From positions 5,907 to 69,906 of the forward strand of contig JAZUAP010000007.1 in the NCBI GenBank assembly GCA_045638045.1: a stretch of 64,000 nucleotides of DNA, read 5' to 3'. The notes below the pieces were generated by a model, which made no database searches, was not told where the DNA came from, and saw only the letters and a program-made list of their open reading frames with translations. Below, piece by piece: positions 61,288 to 64,000 of this stretch; positions within the stretch are counted from its first letter, which is position 1; each line of letters begins with the position of its first letter. Origin of the DNA: Candidatus Nanosyncoccus sp. (lineage in GTDB: Bacteria > Patescibacteriota > Saccharimonadia > Saccharimonadales > Saccharimonadaceae). The translations under genes and the position numbers were made by a program.

Positions 61288-61974
61288 ATGGAATTATTTA
61301 TTTTAATAATAACGTTAATTATCTTGTCAGAGACGACATTTTTAGTGTTGAGAAAACACAGGCCTACTAGAAGTGGAGTGAGAAAGATTTATGTCGATAC
61401 ATCGGTTCTAATTGATGGACGAATACTAAACGTAGCAAGAACAGGATTCATTGATGGTGATTTAATCATTCTGAAAAGTGTATTGAGAGAATTGCAACTT
61501 CTAGCGGACGGAAAGGATAATGAAAAGCGTAATCGCGCTAGAGCGGGACTCAACAACGTTTCAGAGCTTGAAAGGGTAATTGAAGTAAATACAGAAATCG
61601 TCGATGATGGCGAGGGAAAGAAAAAAGTCGATGACGAGTTATTAAGATTCGCAAAAGAAAACAAAGGTGCCGTGATGACTATTGATTATAATCTAATCAA
61701 GGTAGCAGAAGCTGAAAAAATTCCAACTTTAAATTTGAATGATTTGGCATTGGCGGTTAGGACGGAGTTTTTGCCCGGTGAGAAAATTAAACTTAAAATT
61801 ATTGAGAAGGGTGCTAACCGTGGGCAAGGAATTGGCCATTTGCCGGACGGAACGATGGTGGTAGTTGATCATGCATCGAATAAAATCGGAAAAGAAATCA
61901 CGGTAATTTTTAAACGCTTTCATGAAACTTCGGCTGGTAAAATGATTTTTGCCGAAGTAGTTAAGAAAAAATAA
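61288..61974 (+). CDS. PIN + TRAM domain protein (YacL-like)
   Basis: 228 aa. N-terminal TM helix. PIN (YVDTSVLIDGRI, LRELQLLAD, TIDYNLIKVA). TRAM (QGIGHLPDGTMVVV, AGKMIFAEV). Confidence 0.8.
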   Translation: MELFILIITLIILSETTFLVLRKHRPTRSGVRKIYVDTSVLIDGRILNVARTGFIDGDLIILKSVLRELQLLADGKDNEKRNRARAGLNNVSELERVIEVNTEIVDDGEGKKKVDDELLRFAKENKGAVMTIDYNLIKVAEAEKIPTLNLNDLALAVRTEFLPGEKIKLKIIEKGANRGQGIGHLPDGTMVVVDHASNKIGKEITVIFKRFHETSAGKMIFAEVVKKK

Positions 61975-61994
61975 GCGCCTCAAAGAGCGCTTAT
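61971..61994. terminator. Hairpin between convergent genes (bidirectional terminator candidate)
   Basis: ataagcgc-ctcaaaga-gcgcttat. It overlaps the yacL-like stop codon. Confidence 0.55.
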
Positions 61995-62007
61995 TATTAA
62001 GCCACTG

Positions 62008-64000
62008 TTATTGTCCACCCGGATTATCTGGAGTAGGATCTTTCTTACAGTTACTAGAATTGATATTGTTCATTTCGCCAGAAGTGACATAACCAGCCGA
62101 GTCGGACACATCAACACGAGCTGATGTTTCATTTCCGGTAAGCGTATAAATAGAGCCGCCACTGAGAGAAATGCCACCTTTTTCAACACCATTAATGTAT
62201 AGAGTAGCACCAGCTAGATCGGAGGAGCCTTTGCTAATATTGGCATAAATCTTACAGTCGCGAACCGAAAGATTGACTTGCGCTGGGCGGAAATCACAAG
62301 TATCGCTGACATCACGATTGTATGGTTCTGGAACAGAATAAACTTCGTTGCCAGTCATTGGATCGGTAGTTTTGGTTACTTCGATTTCAATCTTGTATTC
62401 TTCTGGGGTACAAGCTGCCGCGAGCAAGTGGTTATAGCGGTTGAAGGTGAGTTTTTCTTTGGCTACTCCAGAGTTCTTAGAGTTGAACCAGCTTGGCCAA
62501 ATGTCGGTCTTACCATTAATGGTGAGAGTTTGAATACCTTCTGGTTTGACTGGTTTATCGCCAGGATTCCAACGACCATCTTGTTGATATACTTCAGGGT
62601 GGATACGGCTCATATACTCAGCGACAGTGAAACGAGCAATATCGTGAGTATTAGAAGTTAAACCAGAGCCATCATGATTACCATTCCAAACTAGAGTTGA
62701 AACAGCCGTAGAATAGCTTTCCATTAGTGAGTCTTTGGTAATTTCGGCGTTGGCAGTAGTAGTTGTACCAGTCTTAGTGGCGGTCCAAATACCTGGTATG
62801 ACGTAACCAGCGCTCTGTGAACCACCAGGAGCATAGATACCATAACGAGCAGAGCCGTCAGCTAGAATATCAGAAATCATATAGGCAACCTGTTCGTCAA
62901 CGACGCGTTCGCCTTCTGGATCACTCCATGATTCTACGACCTCGCCGGAACTGTTTTTCATTTCAAGCACGTAGGCAATGTCTTTGTAGGAACCGCCACG
63001 AGCAATTGAAGCATAGGCGTTAGCATGTTCAACCATTCTAACACCACAACCAGAACCAATAGCGATGGAAAGACCATAGCTCTCACTGTTTTCGCAGTAT
63101 GATTTATCACCTAATGCGTGAGCAATTTCGAGTGAATTATCAATACCATTAATATACAGTGCTTTTACCGCAGCGATGTTCAATGAGTGGCCGAGCGAGA
63201 AACGAATAGCAACGTTGCCATAGAATGAACCAGTTGCGTTGGTAAGTGCGCACCTACCCGTATGGCCTGCACAATATAGCTTATCGATGTTTTCATCTTT
63301 TAGAATTGAGCCTGGACCATAATTAACTCCTTCGCGTTGCATAAATAATGGTGAGTAGTCGAGAATTGGCTTAATTGAAGAGCCTGGTTCGATCAGGGAA
63401 TCGGTGGTGGCATTTACCTCACCAAAAGAACCGTTAAAGAAGTCAGTAGAACCAACCATAGCTATAACTTGAGAGGTTTCAACGTCGATAGAAACTAAGG
63501 CTAAATCATCTGAATGGTTTTTATACATGTGAGTGGCTCCAACTGCGACTGCATCCTCAGCGATTTTTTGAGCACGCGAATCAAGCGTTGTTTTAATTGT
63601 CCAGCCACCAGCACGCATAGTCTGAATGCCATATTTTTCTTCGAGTTGTTTTTTCACTTCGAGCACGAAATGGGGAGCTTTCATGTCGGCGTACTGATTG
63701 GATTCTGGTAGAATAGTGTCGAGAATTGCCACTTCTTTGGCTTCTTTGGCTTCTTCCTCGGTGATATAGCCCATAGAAACCATATCGTTAAGAACCTTGT
63801 GTTGGCGCTCAATTAGCATCTCATTACCGTAAACGTTGTATGGATTCAAAACACCTGGGTTGTTCGGGATGGCTGCGAGTAGAGCTGATTCAGGTAAATT
63901 CAAATCTTTAGCGGATTTACCAAAATAGGTACGAGCAGCAGACTCTACACCGTTACGACGACCGCCATATGGCGATTGATTCAGATACATAGTGAGAATT
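62008..64000 (-). CDS. Class A penicillin-binding protein (glycosyltransferase + transpeptidase), 5'-truncated by the window edge
   Basis: End of the GT51 domain (RRNGVESAARTYFGK). Transpeptidase SxxK (GSSIKP), SxN (SLN), KTG (KTGTT). Long C-terminal extension. The reading frame continues to position 64000. Confidence 0.88.
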   Translation of the reverse strand, partial: ILTMYLNQSPYGGRRNGVESAARTYFGKSAKDLNLPESALLAAIPNNPGVLNPYNVYGNEMLIERQHKVLNDMVSMGYITEEEAKEAKEVAILDTILPESNQYADMKAPHFVLEVKKQLEEKYGIQTMRAGGWTIKTTLDSRAQKIAEDAVAVGATHMYKNHSDDLALVSIDVETSQVIAMVGSTDFFNGSFGEVNATTDSLIEPGSSIKPILDYSPLFMQREGVNYGPGSILKDENIDKLYCAGHTGRCALTNATGSFYGNVAIRFSLGHSLNIAAVKALYINGIDNSLEIAHALGDKSYCENSESYGLSIAIGSGCGVRMVEHANAYASIARGGSYKDIAYVLEMKNSSGEVVESWSDPEGERVVDEQVAYMISDILADGSARYGIYAPGGSQSAGYVIPGIWTATKTGTTTTANAEITKDSLMESYSTAVSTLVWNGNHDGSGLTSNTHDIARFTVAEYMSRIHPEVYQQDGRWNPGDKPVKPEGIQTLTINGKTDIWPSWFNSKNSGVAKEKLTFNRYNHLLAAACTPEEYKIEIEVTKTTDPMTGNEVYSVPEPYNRDVSDTCDFRPAQVNLSVRDCKIYANISKGSSDLAGATLYINGVEKGGISLSGGSIYTLTGNETSARVDVSDSAGYVTSGEMNNINSSNCKKDPTPDNPGGQ

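Overview
AT-rich, tightly packed bacterial window read with the standard genetic code (TGA terminates full-length conserved proteins). Many adjacent genes overlap by the 4 nt ATGA. Extended -10 promoters (TGnTATAAT) are everywhere, and about a dozen sit 6-8 nt from the start codon, implying leaderless mRNAs. Gene content and style point to a CPR/Patescibacteria genome, most likely Saccharibacteria (TM7): a reduced housekeeping set, Gram-positive-type C-terminal sorting signals, pentose-phosphate and phosphoketolase genes, and giant secreted proteins. This is an inference from the sequence, not a database hit.

Backbone genes:
- Cell envelope and division: a sensor kinase / response regulator / pseudouridine synthase / ftsA operon, a ruvX-mltG fusion, a LysM-CHAP hydrolase, uppS, rseP, a CPBP protease and a class A PBP.
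- Translation and RNA: obg, trmD, rsmD, tig, rpsL-rpsG, tsf-rpsB, rpmE, frr, lysS, greA and two tRNA-Leu genes.
- DNA repair: recG, uvrC, uvrB.
- Carbon metabolism: gap-rpiB-rpe-like-pfkB-LOG, eno and a split phosphoketolase.
- Other: secG, a family-5 substrate-binding protein, a ClpP-like protease and a yacL-like gene.

Accessory content:
1. Five paralogous secreted-protein genes total about 14.8 kb, roughly 23% of the window. They combine a shared N-terminal module, FISUMP domains, Listeria-Bacteroides repeats and Big_2 domains. One is a 2216-aa protein ending in a Cys-X5-Arg phosphatase domain.
2. One of these genes sits in a locus with a DUF916/DUF3324-like membrane protein and an LPXTG-like protein, an arrangement resembling Gram-positive WxL/Csc surface-complex clusters. 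The locus lies beside a tRNA and an IS3 scar.
3. A GC-rich palindromic repeat of about 85-100 nt is present twice: once as the rpsG terminator and once inserted in frame inside uvrC.
4. An orphan two-gene cassette is followed by a promoter- and terminator-delimited candidate sRNA.

All coordinates for domains, promoters and repeats were derived by eye from the sequence and are approximate to a few nt.
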